The notes: generated by a model from the letters alone, not told the origin. Shown: positions 1-9,050, counted from the stretch's first letter. The stretch is 15,964 nt of DNA from Candidatus Bathyarchaeum sp. (GCA_026014495.1 JAOZIF010000091.1:1-15964), one strand, 5' to 3'. Translations and numbers: made by a program.

Positions 1-2
1 CT

Positions 3-296
3 GACCTATCGAGGCTAACAATTAGGGTTGAGAAAGGAGTAAAACCTGAACTGCTTCCACTGGTTACATTGAAGGGCATTGGAAGAGTTCGCGCCCGTAT
101 ACTTTTCAACTCTGGTTTACGAACAATTGATGACCTCAAAAGAGCACCCCTGCAAAAACTAACTGGCTTGCCGCTGATTGGCCCCAAATTAGCCAAAAAA
201 ATCAAAGAGCAAATAGGTGGCTACGTCAAAGAGGAAGAGTGGCAAAACCTAAAGAAACAAGAAACAGAAAAACAGCGAGCCCTAACAGATTTCTAA
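3..296 (+). CDS. hel308: Hel308/Hjm (Ski2-like) DNA helicase, C-terminal part (5'-truncated by window edge)
   Basis: Frame is open from base 3: DLSRLTIRVEKGVKPELLPLVTLKGIGRVRARILFNSG...IGPKLAKKI, the typical archaeal Hel308 C-terminal helix-hairpin-helix domain. The track's TTG at 69 is internal. Confidence 0.9.
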   Translation, partial: DLSRLTIRVEKGVKPELLPLVTLKGIGRVRARILFNSGLRTIDDLKRAPLQKLTGLPLIGPKLAKKIKEQIGGYVKEEEWQNLKKQETEKQRALTDF

Positions 297-303
297 TCTA
301 ATA

Positions 304-330
304 ACTGTGCCACAGTGCTTTTTGTTTTTG
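304..330 (+). terminator. Possible terminator after hel308
   Basis: ACTGTG-C-CACAGT palindrome (304-316) followed by T-rich GCTTTTTGTTTTTG, just after the stop codon. Confidence 0.35.
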
Positions 331-478
331 TAACCTCTTTGGTTATGTTTCGATTATACTTTTTAGTATCACAACACTTTTTCAGGGAGCAACAAAAACC
401 AAGTCCACTAATTGATGTTACGCTCTGTCCTTTGTACCAACATACTTTGTTGAATCCATTTTGAACTTACACGCATGT

Positions 479-543
479 GGTCAAGTTTTCTTGACCTTAA
501 AGAGGCAGGTTTAGTCAAGGTTTCTTTACAAAAACCCTTTTTT
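479..543 (+). promoter_or_regulatory. Tandem palindromic operator-like sites (GTCAAG-N4-CTTGAC) and promoter block of the 418-aa gene
   Basis: Perfect GGTCAAG-TTTT-CTTGACC at 479-496; second copy GTCAAGGTTTCTTTAC at 514-529 (14/16 identical to 480-495); 509-543 is 31/35 identical to 7686-7720. Confidence 0.65.
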
Positions 544-560
544 TCTTTCGATTTAACAGT

Positions 561-1817
561 GTGTCAGTGGTGCCTTCAGTGAAGAGCAGCAGATGGATAC
601 TTTGTATTTTAATGCTGTTTTTGCTGTTTCCACTTTCGCAAGTGTCTAGTGTATGTTCTTCAGAAGGCACTACTGAAGACAAGCTATTCGATTTTTTGTC
701 CAGTGTTGTTGGGCTTGATTTAACAAAATATGCTGTTGTTGAGCCGTATCTTCCGACGGATGTTGAGTATCCATCAAATCTTTCTGAAAGTTTGGAGTCT
801 TTAAATTTTACAATTGACGACGAATTTGGTGGTCTAGTAAAAAAGGAAGTTTTAAGTCCTCAACTTGAAATCAACGAAAGAACAATAAATTTGATGGGAA
901 TTTTTTACAATGGGCATATGGCGTTTTTGAAGATTTATTTCTATTCTAAACAGGACTACGTTTATTCAGAGTCGCCACAAAACGATGTTCTCAGTCAAGC
1001 CAAGAATATTCTTCACAGATACCAAACATTTGTTTCACAACATTATGGCACAAACGCCTCATACATTGTGTCCATGCAAAACGTTCTAAGCAGTGTTGAC
1101 GACCTGTCACCTGCAGAGATTACTGCTGGAAATGTATCATTTCAAGTTTCAAAGGATGGCGACACCACACGTATCCAGTGGATTTACACCCAAAACGACA
1201 TTGAAATGAATTACAAACGATTAGCCATAAAGTTCCAAGGCAACAATTTTGTTTCGTTTACAGACACTTGGGGGCTTTATAGTGTTAGTGAACTGGACAA
1301 GATTTCCTCTGAGCAAGCTGTTCAGATAGCTCTAGAGTCTGCTCAAGACTACGAAATACGCATAGCTCATGAGGACAACAAAACCGAAATTGTCAAGGTT
1401 CCTGATTTGTCAAATGCACATTATGTTGCTAACTTTTACATGGTGCCTTTTCGCTACGAAGAAACAAATTTTCCTATTAAAACTGACCGAGACCCTTTGA
1501 CGCTGTATCCTTACTGGCAGATTCACTTCTATTTTGATGAGAGTATCGCCCGTATCGTGGGCATACAGGTTGGTGTTTGGGGAGATACTGGTGAAATTGT
1601 TTACTGCTCGGGTTTTGGCTACTTAGGCTATCCAGAGATGCCCAACGAACAAAACACAACAATTATTGTGTCTGATGAGCTGCCTTTAGAAGAGCAAAAA
1701 CAACTTAACACTTTAGATCAGTCAACTTTGGTAATTGCCGTAAGCACTGTAGCAGTGTTGATAATCGCTACTGCGGCAAGTGTATTTCGAATTAAAAGCC
1801 GTAGACAACAACTATGA
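561..1817 (+). CDS. Secreted, C-terminally membrane-anchored hypothetical protein with a PepSY-like segment
   Basis: 418-aa ORF; signal peptide KSSRWILCILMLFLLFPLS (GTG at 579 with upstream GGTG is a plausible true start); ISSEQAVQIA...YWQIHF...VWGDTGEIV resembles PepSY; C-terminal hydrophobic helix plus basic tail; 6 N-x-S/T sequons. Confidence 0.85.
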   Translation: MSVVPSVKSSRWILCILMLFLLFPLSQVSSVCSSEGTTEDKLFDFLSSVVGLDLTKYAVVEPYLPTDVEYPSNLSESLESLNFTIDDEFGGLVKKEVLSPQLEINERTINLMGIFYNGHMAFLKIYFYSKQDYVYSESPQNDVLSQAKNILHRYQTFVSQHYGTNASYIVSMQNVLSSVDDLSPAEITAGNVSFQVSKDGDTTRIQWIYTQNDIEMNYKRLAIKFQGNNFVSFTDTWGLYSVSELDKISSEQAVQIALESAQDYEIRIAHEDNKTEIVKVPDLSNAHYVANFYMVPFRYEETNFPIKTDRDPLTLYPYWQIHFYFDESIARIVGIQVGVWGDTGEIVYCSGFGYLGYPEMPNEQNTTIIVSDELPLEEQKQLNTLDQSTLVIAVSTVAVLIIATAASVFRIKSRRQQL

Positions 1818-1853
1818 CCAAGAATATCTTCTGGGTTGAAGCTTGTCGGAATG

Positions 1854-3224
1854 CTACTCAGCCAAGCCTCTAGCCTTTCTTTCTTTTTTGGTCTTTTTTA
1901 TGACGTTTTCAATCTGTTTAGGCACAGTGCCCAGATAGTTTTGTGGCTCCATTACAGTTTCGATTTCTTTTGCGCTAAGTAACTGTTTGATTGTGCTGTT
2001 TTCTGCTAAAACATCCTTGAACTCTCGTTGTTCATTGTGGCTTTTTATGGCTAGCTGCCGAGTGAGTTCGTGGGCTTTTTGGCGTCCTAGTCCCTTCTTT
2101 GCTAGTTTTAGCATGACGGCTTCGGACATCATTCTTCCTTGTGTTATATCCATGTTTTTACGCATTCTTGCCTCGTCAACTTGCAGTCCCTTTAGCACCT
2201 TTATCATCAAAATCAGCATGTAATCGATGAGTATGCACTCTTCTGGGATTACGAAACGCTCACATGAAGACTGTGTTAGGTCACGTTCGTGCCACGTGGG
2301 AATGTTATCTAGTGCAGGTGAAACAAGGCTTCTGAGCAGTTTTGCTAATCCGCATATTCTTTCAGATATCATGGGGTTGCGTTTGTGGGGCATTGTTGAG
2401 CTGCCAACCTGCTTTTTTTGTTCAAACGCTTCAAATGCCTCGGCAATTTCTGGTCTTTGCAGTTCCCGAATCTCGGATGCAATGTTATCTAAGGTTGAAG
2501 CAAGTATAGCTAGAACGCAAGTTAATTCGGCGTAACGGTCTCTTTGCACAATCTGAGTAGAAATATCTGCAGCACAGATGCCCAGCCGTTCCATAACAAG
2601 TTCTTGTATCTTAAGAGCCTTTGGCCCCAGCCCCGCCTGTGTTCCTACAGCTCCACTCATTTTTCCTGCCAGTAACCTGCCTTTGCAGTCTTGGAGACGC
2701 TGAATAGTTCTTGCGACCTCTCTTGTCCAGACCGCGGACTTGAATCCAAACGTGGTTGGCAGGGCATGTTGTCCGTGGCTTCTTCCCATGGTGATGCTCA
2801 TTTTGTGCTTTTCTGCACGCTCAAGCAAAACTGATTCTAGCTCGTTTAGTCGATTTTCAATAATGTTTACTGCCTCTTTTAGTTGCAGGGCAGTTGCGGT
2901 GTCTAGCATGTCTGAGCTTGTTGCGCCTAGATGTACGTATTCTCCGCTTGAGCCGCAGACTTCTGCTAAGGCTCTGACCAGAGCCATGACGTCGTGGCGG
3001 ATTTCGTTTTCAATTTCTTTTACGCGTTCAAGTTTAACGTGTTTTGTTGACGCTTTTTGTATAATTTTTTTTGCGTCAGTTTCTGGTATGTTGCCTACTT
3101 GGCTGTGCGCCCAAGCCAGTGCGGCTTCTACGTCCAGCATCTTTTGTAGTCTGTTTTCTTCGTCAAAGATTTTTCTCATTTCAGGTGAGCCGTAACGGCC
3201 TGTGTCAATGGGTAGAATAGGCAA
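1854..3224 (-). CDS. purB: Adenylosuccinate lyase
   Basis: Fumarase/ASL signature GSSTMPHKRNP, plus HLGATSSD, GRSHGQHALPTT and GKMSGAVGT; N-terminal PIDTGRYGS; TTG start preceded by GGAGGT. Confidence 0.97.
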   Translation of the reverse strand: MPILPIDTGRYGSPEMRKIFDEENRLQKMLDVEAALAWAHSQVGNIPETDAKKIIQKASTKHVKLERVKEIENEIRHDVMALVRALAEVCGSSGEYVHLGATSSDMLDTATALQLKEAVNIIENRLNELESVLLERAEKHKMSITMGRSHGQHALPTTFGFKSAVWTREVARTIQRLQDCKGRLLAGKMSGAVGTQAGLGPKALKIQELVMERLGICAADISTQIVQRDRYAELTCVLAILASTLDNIASEIRELQRPEIAEAFEAFEQKKQVGSSTMPHKRNPMISERICGLAKLLRSLVSPALDNIPTWHERDLTQSSCERFVIPEECILIDYMLILMIKVLKGLQVDEARMRKNMDITQGRMMSEAVMLKLAKKGLGRQKAHELTRQLAIKSHNEQREFKDVLAENSTIKQLLSAKEIETVMEPQNYLGTVPKQIENVIKKTKKERKARGLAE

Positions 3225-3318
3225 ACTTGTGACCTCCGGAAACGATACATTAATGATTGAACTAACCTTTACCAGTTTCGCCTAAAAATAATTGCCTCGC
3301 GGGCTGGAGAATTGAACG

Positions 3319-4776
3319 ATGGGAGCTTTGGTTGCTGCGGTAAACAAGAACAAACAAAACGCTGTTCCAGCAGTAGCCACCATGCTAGAAGAGTTGGTTC
3401 ATAGAGGAAACAGTGGTCATGGAATAGCCACATCAAATGTAGTAGAGAAAGCGTCAACACTAAACAAACTAAAGCTCAACAGCCTTGAATCAAACATCAC
3501 TTTGGGTCACAACCTCTCACTTATACTGCCAAGAGACTCACTTCAGCCAGTTCAGGCTGACGGCTTCACGTTTGTCTTTGAAGGAAGAATGTTTCCTGCC
3601 CCAAATCTGCCGGACCTATCAGAACTAAAAGAGTTCAAGACCCTACTTGGTTCTAATCCACTAAAAAATGCTGCTCAAATCCTCGAAAAGGTAGGCGGCT
3701 CATACGTTTTTGTAGTTGCGGCACCCAAAAAACTGCTTGTTGGACGAGACGTTTTCGGGGCAACTTCACTATATTATGGCGAGAATGATTCTGTTTGTGC
3801 GGTTGCGTCTGAACGTAAAGCACTGTGGAAACTTGGACTAACAAATGCTCAATCGTTTCCTCCGGGGCAACTGGCAATAGTTAACGAGCACGGCTTCTCT
3901 TTTCATCCCGTCAAAGGGTTGCGGATGCCGCCTCAGAACAAGTTGAACATGGAAACTGCGGCGAATGCTTTGCAGCTTCTTTTGTTGGAGTCTACCCGAA
4001 AACAGGTTTCAGACCTTGAGTCCGTGGCTGTTGCGTTTTCTGGAGGCGTAGACAGTAGTGTAGTTGCAACTCTGGCACAAGAGGTTGGCGTAGAGGTTCA
4101 GTTGATTTCGGTGGGACTAGAAGGTCAACCTGAAGTCATGTTCACGCAAGAGGCTGCTGAAGCCCTAGATTTGCCGTTGCATCTGCAAACTTACAATGTA
4201 AACGAGCTTGAAGAAACCATACACAAAGTGCTGTGGCTAACTGAAGACGCTAATGTAATTGATGCATGTATTGCTGTTCCGTTTTATTGGCTGGCACAAA
4301 CTGCCTCAAAACTGGGGCATCCTGTTCTGCTGGCTGGGCAGGGAGCTGACGAGCTTTTCGGAGGCTACCACAGGTACCTGACAGAATACGCCAAGTCGGG
4401 CGCTGAGGCTGTACAGCAAAAAATGTTCTATGACATACAAAATGCGTACCATCAAAACTTTCAAAGAGACAACCAAACATGTTCACCTCATGGAGTGGAG
4501 CTTAGGCTTCCATTCATCAACTGTGATGTTATAGATTTCGCGTTGCGCTTACCACTAAAGCTAAAGATTAATTCAACCGAAGACAAACTCAGAAAACGAA
4601 TACTACGAAGAGTCGCCCATAACCTAGAAATTCCAAGCATCCTTGCTGACAAACCAAAAAAAGCAGTCCAGTACACCACGGGAGTAACAAAAGCGCTTAT
4701 GCAACTAGCAAAAGACCAAAACTTAACCTTACGAGAATATATTGAAAAAGTGTACAGAACCGTTTTTCCAGCATGA
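3319..4776 (+). CDS. asnB: Asparagine synthetase B-like ATP pyrophosphatase/amide ligase with degenerate Ntn glutaminase domain
   Basis: Synthetase motifs FSGGVDSS, GQGADELFGGY, ELRLPF and KKAVQYTTG; Ntn-like N-domain (HRG, LLVGRDVFG, ASERKAL) lacks the N-terminal Cys (starts MGALV). Confidence 0.85.
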   Translation: MGALVAAVNKNKQNAVPAVATMLEELVHRGNSGHGIATSNVVEKASTLNKLKLNSLESNITLGHNLSLILPRDSLQPVQADGFTFVFEGRMFPAPNLPDLSELKEFKTLLGSNPLKNAAQILEKVGGSYVFVVAAPKKLLVGRDVFGATSLYYGENDSVCAVASERKALWKLGLTNAQSFPPGQLAIVNEHGFSFHPVKGLRMPPQNKLNMETAANALQLLLLESTRKQVSDLESVAVAFSGGVDSSVVATLAQEVGVEVQLISVGLEGQPEVMFTQEAAEALDLPLHLQTYNVNELEETIHKVLWLTEDANVIDACIAVPFYWLAQTASKLGHPVLLAGQGADELFGGYHRYLTEYAKSGAEAVQQKMFYDIQNAYHQNFQRDNQTCSPHGVELRLPFINCDVIDFALRLPLKLKINSTEDKLRKRILRRVAHNLEIPSILADKPKKAVQYTTGVTKALMQLAKDQNLTLREYIEKVYRTVFPA

Positions 4777-4893
4777 ACAAAATTCACATTAATAAATGAA
4801 TCAAATTCTCAACTGCAATCAAATCAGCCATGTCTTGACTATGAATAGCGAAGTCTTATTTCCCACTTTTGAGAGTACATAAGATGAAGAAAC

Positions 4894-7563
4894 TTGAAAG
4901 GAAGTTTAGCAGTTGGATTTATTGCCATTGCTATTCTATGTTTACCCATATTTTCAACTTTTACGCTAGAAATGAATGCTCAACAAGTTTCGGAAACAGG
5001 TGACCAGTTAGCCACTGTATCACAACTCTGGAACTTCACGTCAAACAGGAGTTCTGTCAATTCTCTTGTTGTATCAAACGGTTTCGTCTATGTATCCTCC
5101 GCTAACAGTGGGAGTGCAGCAGTGACCATATACTGCTTGAATGCATCCACAGGCTCCGAAACATGGAACCACGAGGGACTCTTTGGTACCTTCTCGGTAG
5201 CAAACGGATACGTCTACGTTGGCGAGGCAAATAGAGGCAATTCTAACTCTTTGCAAGGCGTCGTTTCGTGCCTGAACGCTTCTGATGGGGCTCCAGTGTG
5301 GAATTATTGTGCCGGAACATGTTTTAGCACACCAGTAGTTAGCAGAGGTATAGCCTACGCAGGTGGATTTAGCTACACTCTGTCTACAGATGTTAACATT
5401 GGTTTTGTTTATGCTTTTAATGCTTCGACAGGGGAAAAAATATGGAACTTTTCAGGTCCAGTAGGAACGCGTTTTGATGATAGCGCCCTTGTTTTGGAAG
5501 ACGCAAACCTATATGCTCTGAGTGCTGTCTACTCAAGTCAAGATGCCTCATGGCGTAGCAGCATTTACGCATTTAATGCTTACACTGGTGAAGAACTGTG
5601 GAATTACACAACGCCAGGCCAATTTTGCTCTCTTTTAGCTGCAGGTCAAAATGTCTACGTCAGCTCTAACTTTGTGAACACGAAAGGATACACTGATGCT
5701 GAGAATTCAGGCGGATACGTTTACAAAGGTGGCATCCTCGCCCTGAACAGCTTAAATGGGGCATTAATCTGGAATCATCCAATCAACAGTTCTGTTGGAG
5801 CTCCTGTTATTGTGGATAACACAATTTACGCGGTCTCTGGCGAGGGCATTCTCTATGCTCTTAATGCGGCAAACGGCAAAGTAATATGGAATTATGTTGC
5901 TGGAACAGGTCTTGGTTCTCTTTTGTCAGTTAATAATTACCTTTACGTCGGCTCTACTTCCGGCGTTTACTGCTTCAACGCAGATAATGGAACAGTGATT
6001 TGGAACTTTGCTACAAGCGACTTAGCTGCCTCTTCTCCTACGTTTCCAGCTTATGCTGATGGCATAATTTACGTGGGCTTAAATGGTCCTATGTTTTTCT
6101 CGCAGGTCACGCAACACAATTTCTATGCACTTCATGCATCGAGCGGTGAAAAGCTCTGGAATTACACCCTCGGATATACTGCAGGCTCGTCTCCTGTAAT
6201 TGAAAATGGTACTGTTTACATAAGCGGCAATTTTGTAACCTCAGAAAACCCAGATTTGGAAGGTTCAGGCGCAATTCTTGCTTTAAAATCAAACGTAACG
6301 TCTTTGCCAGTATCGTCGCCTCCGGTTTCGGAGACTAACCGTTGGCCATCTTACGCAATCACTACTGTGATATCCAGTACACCGAATTCAACTTGGAGCA
6401 CGCAAACTGTGTTTACGGATGGTTCCTTTGGAGGAATCTATATGGTTCTAGACTCCAGCAACAACCCACACATAAGTTACAGTGGAGTAAATGGGGTACT
6501 GTATTACGCTAGTGGGAACGAGTTAAACTGGAAAATACAAAGTGTCATTCAAGGAGGCACGCCTATCAGTATTGTATTGGACTCTCAGAGCAACCCGCAT
6601 ATACTCTATGAAGGGGCAAATGAGGTAGTGTATTATGCTAGTTGGGACGGGCTGAACTGGAACTTTCAAGTCGTACCAGAAGGCTATGGATACTCTGTTG
6701 CTTTGGATTCAGCCGACAATCCACATTTAGCTTACGCAACAGTTTTACCTGTTTCTGATTATCCTCAAGGGGTTACCAACGATATTTCTATGTTGAATTA
6801 TGCAAGTTGGAATGGCTCAAACTGGAGCATTCAAACCGTAGATTCCCCGATAAGCTATACAGATAGTATTTATTTGGCGTTAGACCAACACGATAACCCG
6901 TACATAATGTATGGTTATGACACATATTATCCGCCGAGCGGCGGTAATCTATTAGCCGTGAAGTTTGCCGTGTGGGAGGGTTCAACATGGAACATCCAAA
7001 CAGCGCTCTCCAATCTGGATTACTTTGGAAACATGGTTTTAGATTGTAATGGCTACCCACATTTTATTTATGCAGTTAACTATCCGCATTCTTCAAGTAA
7101 CAACGCTACAATGGGATACGCCAGTTGGGATGGGTCTGCATGGAATACACAAACCGTGGTTTCGAACGCTGCTTTGGGTCTATTTATCGAGGCAAACCTT
7201 GCATTAGACACCAATAGTTATCCGCACATCGAATTTTTTAACGGCTCTTTAATGCATACTAGTTGGACAGGTTCAGAGTGGAATATTCAAACCGTTGCCC
7301 CAAACAATTTTGCGTATGGCAAAGGTCCTTTGGCGTTAGACTCTAACGACAATCCACATATTTGTTACTGGGTGACTAACATCCATAATACCACAGCATT
7401 TGTTAGCTCTCTACTATATACCATGCAAGCTCCTACAGACGTACCTGCAGTGTTTGACACCCTCTTTATCATCATAGGAATAGTTGCTGTGGGGATTGTT
7501 GCTGGAGGCGCTTTCTTATTGTTTAAAAAGAGATCAAAAGTGCGCGCACAATTTCCAAACTAA
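4894..7563 (+). CDS. Surface glycoprotein: PQQ/BamB-like 8-repeat propeller plus 7-repeat LDSxxNPHIxY propeller plus C-terminal TM anchor
   Basis: Signal peptide; 8 repeats of [LF]NAxxGxxxWN; Ser/Pro/Thr linker; 7 repeats of LALDxxxxPHIxY with YASWxGxxWxxQTV; TM helix followed by KKRSK; about 18 N-x-S/T sequons. Confidence 0.9.
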   Translation: MKGSLAVGFIAIAILCLPIFSTFTLEMNAQQVSETGDQLATVSQLWNFTSNRSSVNSLVVSNGFVYVSSANSGSAAVTIYCLNASTGSETWNHEGLFGTFSVANGYVYVGEANRGNSNSLQGVVSCLNASDGAPVWNYCAGTCFSTPVVSRGIAYAGGFSYTLSTDVNIGFVYAFNASTGEKIWNFSGPVGTRFDDSALVLEDANLYALSAVYSSQDASWRSSIYAFNAYTGEELWNYTTPGQFCSLLAAGQNVYVSSNFVNTKGYTDAENSGGYVYKGGILALNSLNGALIWNHPINSSVGAPVIVDNTIYAVSGEGILYALNAANGKVIWNYVAGTGLGSLLSVNNYLYVGSTSGVYCFNADNGTVIWNFATSDLAASSPTFPAYADGIIYVGLNGPMFFSQVTQHNFYALHASSGEKLWNYTLGYTAGSSPVIENGTVYISGNFVTSENPDLEGSGAILALKSNVTSLPVSSPPVSETNRWPSYAITTVISSTPNSTWSTQTVFTDGSFGGIYMVLDSSNNPHISYSGVNGVLYYASGNELNWKIQSVIQGGTPISIVLDSQSNPHILYEGANEVVYYASWDGLNWNFQVVPEGYGYSVALDSADNPHLAYATVLPVSDYPQGVTNDISMLNYASWNGSNWSIQTVDSPISYTDSIYLALDQHDNPYIMYGYDTYYPPSGGNLLAVKFAVWEGSTWNIQTALSNLDYFGNMVLDCNGYPHFIYAVNYPHSSSNNATMGYASWDGSAWNTQTVVSNAALGLFIEANLALDTNSYPHIEFFNGSLMHTSWTGSEWNIQTVAPNNFAYGKGPLALDSNDNPHICYWVTNIHNTTAFVSSLLYTMQAPTDVPAVFDTLFIIIGIVAVGIVAGGAFLLFKKRSKVRAQFPN

Positions 7564-7685
7564 GATTGTTTGAAGGATTATTTCCGAAAACAATTCCTCA
7601 AAGATTGCAGTCTTGAAGCGCGCCATAACATAACCAAAAATGGCAGATTATAAACTAAAAAGTTGCACACAAGCCGTCAAATCTT

Positions 7686-7720
7686 GTTTAGTCAATGTTT
7701 CTTGATAAAAACTCTTTTTT
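7686..7720 (+). promoter_or_regulatory. Promoter/operator block shared with 509-543
   Basis: GTTTAGTCAATGTTTCTTGATAAAAACTCTTTTTT, 31/35 identical to 509-543, ending 25 bp before the ATG at 7745. Confidence 0.65.
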
Positions 7721-7744
7721 ACAACGATTAATGAAGTTGAGTAC

Positions 7745-8788
7745 ATGAGAACTTCGGTCTACTTGCTAGCAGTCCTGTCTGTTTTTGTTGTTTTCCTTTG
7801 CTTAGTTTCAGGCATTGTAATTGCTCAAGATTTAAGCTGGAAAAAAATACCAATATCTGATGATGCAACTTTTGTAGCACTGGATATGATTAACTCGAAC
7901 GATGGGTGGGCAGTAGGACGTGATGGAAGTATTATTCATTGGGATGGAAAAAGCTGGACAAAAGTTGCTAGCCCAACCTCTGCAAAATTAGTGGCTGTAG
8001 ATATGATTAGCTCAAATGAAGGGTACGCGATAGCCTCCGAAACAACTAGAATGTTAAATGAGTCGATAATTCAATGGAATGGAACAAGCTGGAATAATAT
8101 AACCAGTGTCCCAGGATATTTTAGTTCTGTAGACATGATCAGTTCAACTGAAGGGTGGGCAGTAGGAACTGCTGGAAAAATAATAAGATGGAACGGAACA
8201 AGCTGGAGTCGTGTAGAAACCCCAATTAATAATCCGCTAAAATCGGTGGATATGATCAGCTCAACTGACGGCTGGGCAGTAGGTTCGAGAGGAGCAATAC
8301 TTCATTGGAATGGAACAAGCTGGAACACAGTAGAAGCCCCCAAAATCTTTACGTACCGAACAATATGGTCAGTTGATATGGTCAGCTCAACTGACGGCTG
8401 GGCAGTAGGTGATGGCGGGAGAATAATCAGATGGAACGGGTCAAGTTGGGAAAATGTAACAAGCCCTATTCCAGCTAATATACACTTGTTTTCAGTGGAT
8501 ATGATAAACTCAACTGATGGATGGGCTGTAGGGTCTGACGGATGCGTAATCCATTGGGATGGAACCAGATGGACAAATACAACAAGTCCAACTGCTAGCT
8601 GGCTAAAAGCTATAGACATGATCAGTTCTACTGAGGGGTGGATTTTAGGAAATGATGGAAATATTTACTGTCTACAGGAACAAGAACCTCAAATAATTCC
8701 TACTGAATATTTGATTATCTTAGGCATAAGTTCAGTTGTCATTGTGGCTGTTTTGTATTTTCTTTGGAGAAAGAGAAATAAGGTTTAA
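7745..8788 (+). CDS. Membrane-anchored 7-repeat beta-propeller (YCF48/WD40-YVTN-like) surface protein
   Basis: Signal peptide; seven ~40-aa repeats VDMISSTxGWAVGxxGxIIxWNGTSW; C-terminal TM helix plus RKRNK; 9 N-x-S/T sequons. Confidence 0.9.
   Translation: MRTSVYLLAVLSVFVVFLCLVSGIVIAQDLSWKKIPISDDATFVALDMINSNDGWAVGRDGSIIHWDGKSWTKVASPTSAKLVAVDMISSNEGYAIASETTRMLNESIIQWNGTSWNNITSVPGYFSSVDMISSTEGWAVGTAGKIIRWNGTSWSRVETPINNPLKSVDMISSTDGWAVGSRGAILHWNGTSWNTVEAPKIFTYRTIWSVDMVSSTDGWAVGDGGRIIRWNGSSWENVTSPIPANIHLFSVDMINSTDGWAVGSDGCVIHWDGTRWTNTTSPTASWLKAIDMISSTEGWILGNDGNIYCLQEQEPQIIPTEYLIILGISSVVIVAVLYFLWRKRNKV
8249..8410 (+). repeat. Near-identical intragenic repeat (blades 4 and 5)
   Basis: 8249-8284 and 8375-8410 match at 35/36 nt, including an identical 29-nt run TCAGCTCAACTGACGGCTGGGCAGTAGGT. 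Confidence 0.9.
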
Positions 8789-8971
8789 CCGCAAACCAAA
8801 AACAAAACCCAGATTAAAAAAACAATACTTAGTTTATTCACAATTCTGTGCGGCATATTAGGATACAAATAGAGGTACATTGTTGAAAACTAACTTTTTT
8901 TCTGAAATTTTCTGCACAGCACACATTTACTAAAAAAGTTCACACGCATAGTAGTATACTAATTTTTTGAA

Positions 8972-9005
8972 AAAAGGTTCTTCTGAAAAAGAGAGAAGAC
9001 CTTTT
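8972..9005. promoter_or_regulatory. Imperfect inverted repeat upstream of apgM
   Basis: AAAAGG-T-TCTTCT-(9 nt)-AGAAGA-CCTTTT: 12 pairs with one bulge, directly before TTTAAA (TATA-like) and about 45 bp before the TTG start. Confidence 0.4.
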
Positions 9006-9050
9006 GTTTTAAATTTGTGTTTGTAATGTATATTTTAGAGTGGTTCAAAG

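Noticed and set aside
4884-5003. ATG at 4884 as the start of the 889-aa gene
   Set aside because: It is in a different frame and closes after 39 codons without signal-peptide character; TTG 4894 gives a good leader.
7845-8670. Repeats in the 347-aa gene as a CRISPR array or DGR TR/VR pair
   Set aside because: They are in-frame protein repeats with synonymous divergence; mismatches are not adenine-specific and no reverse transcriptase or cas gene is present.
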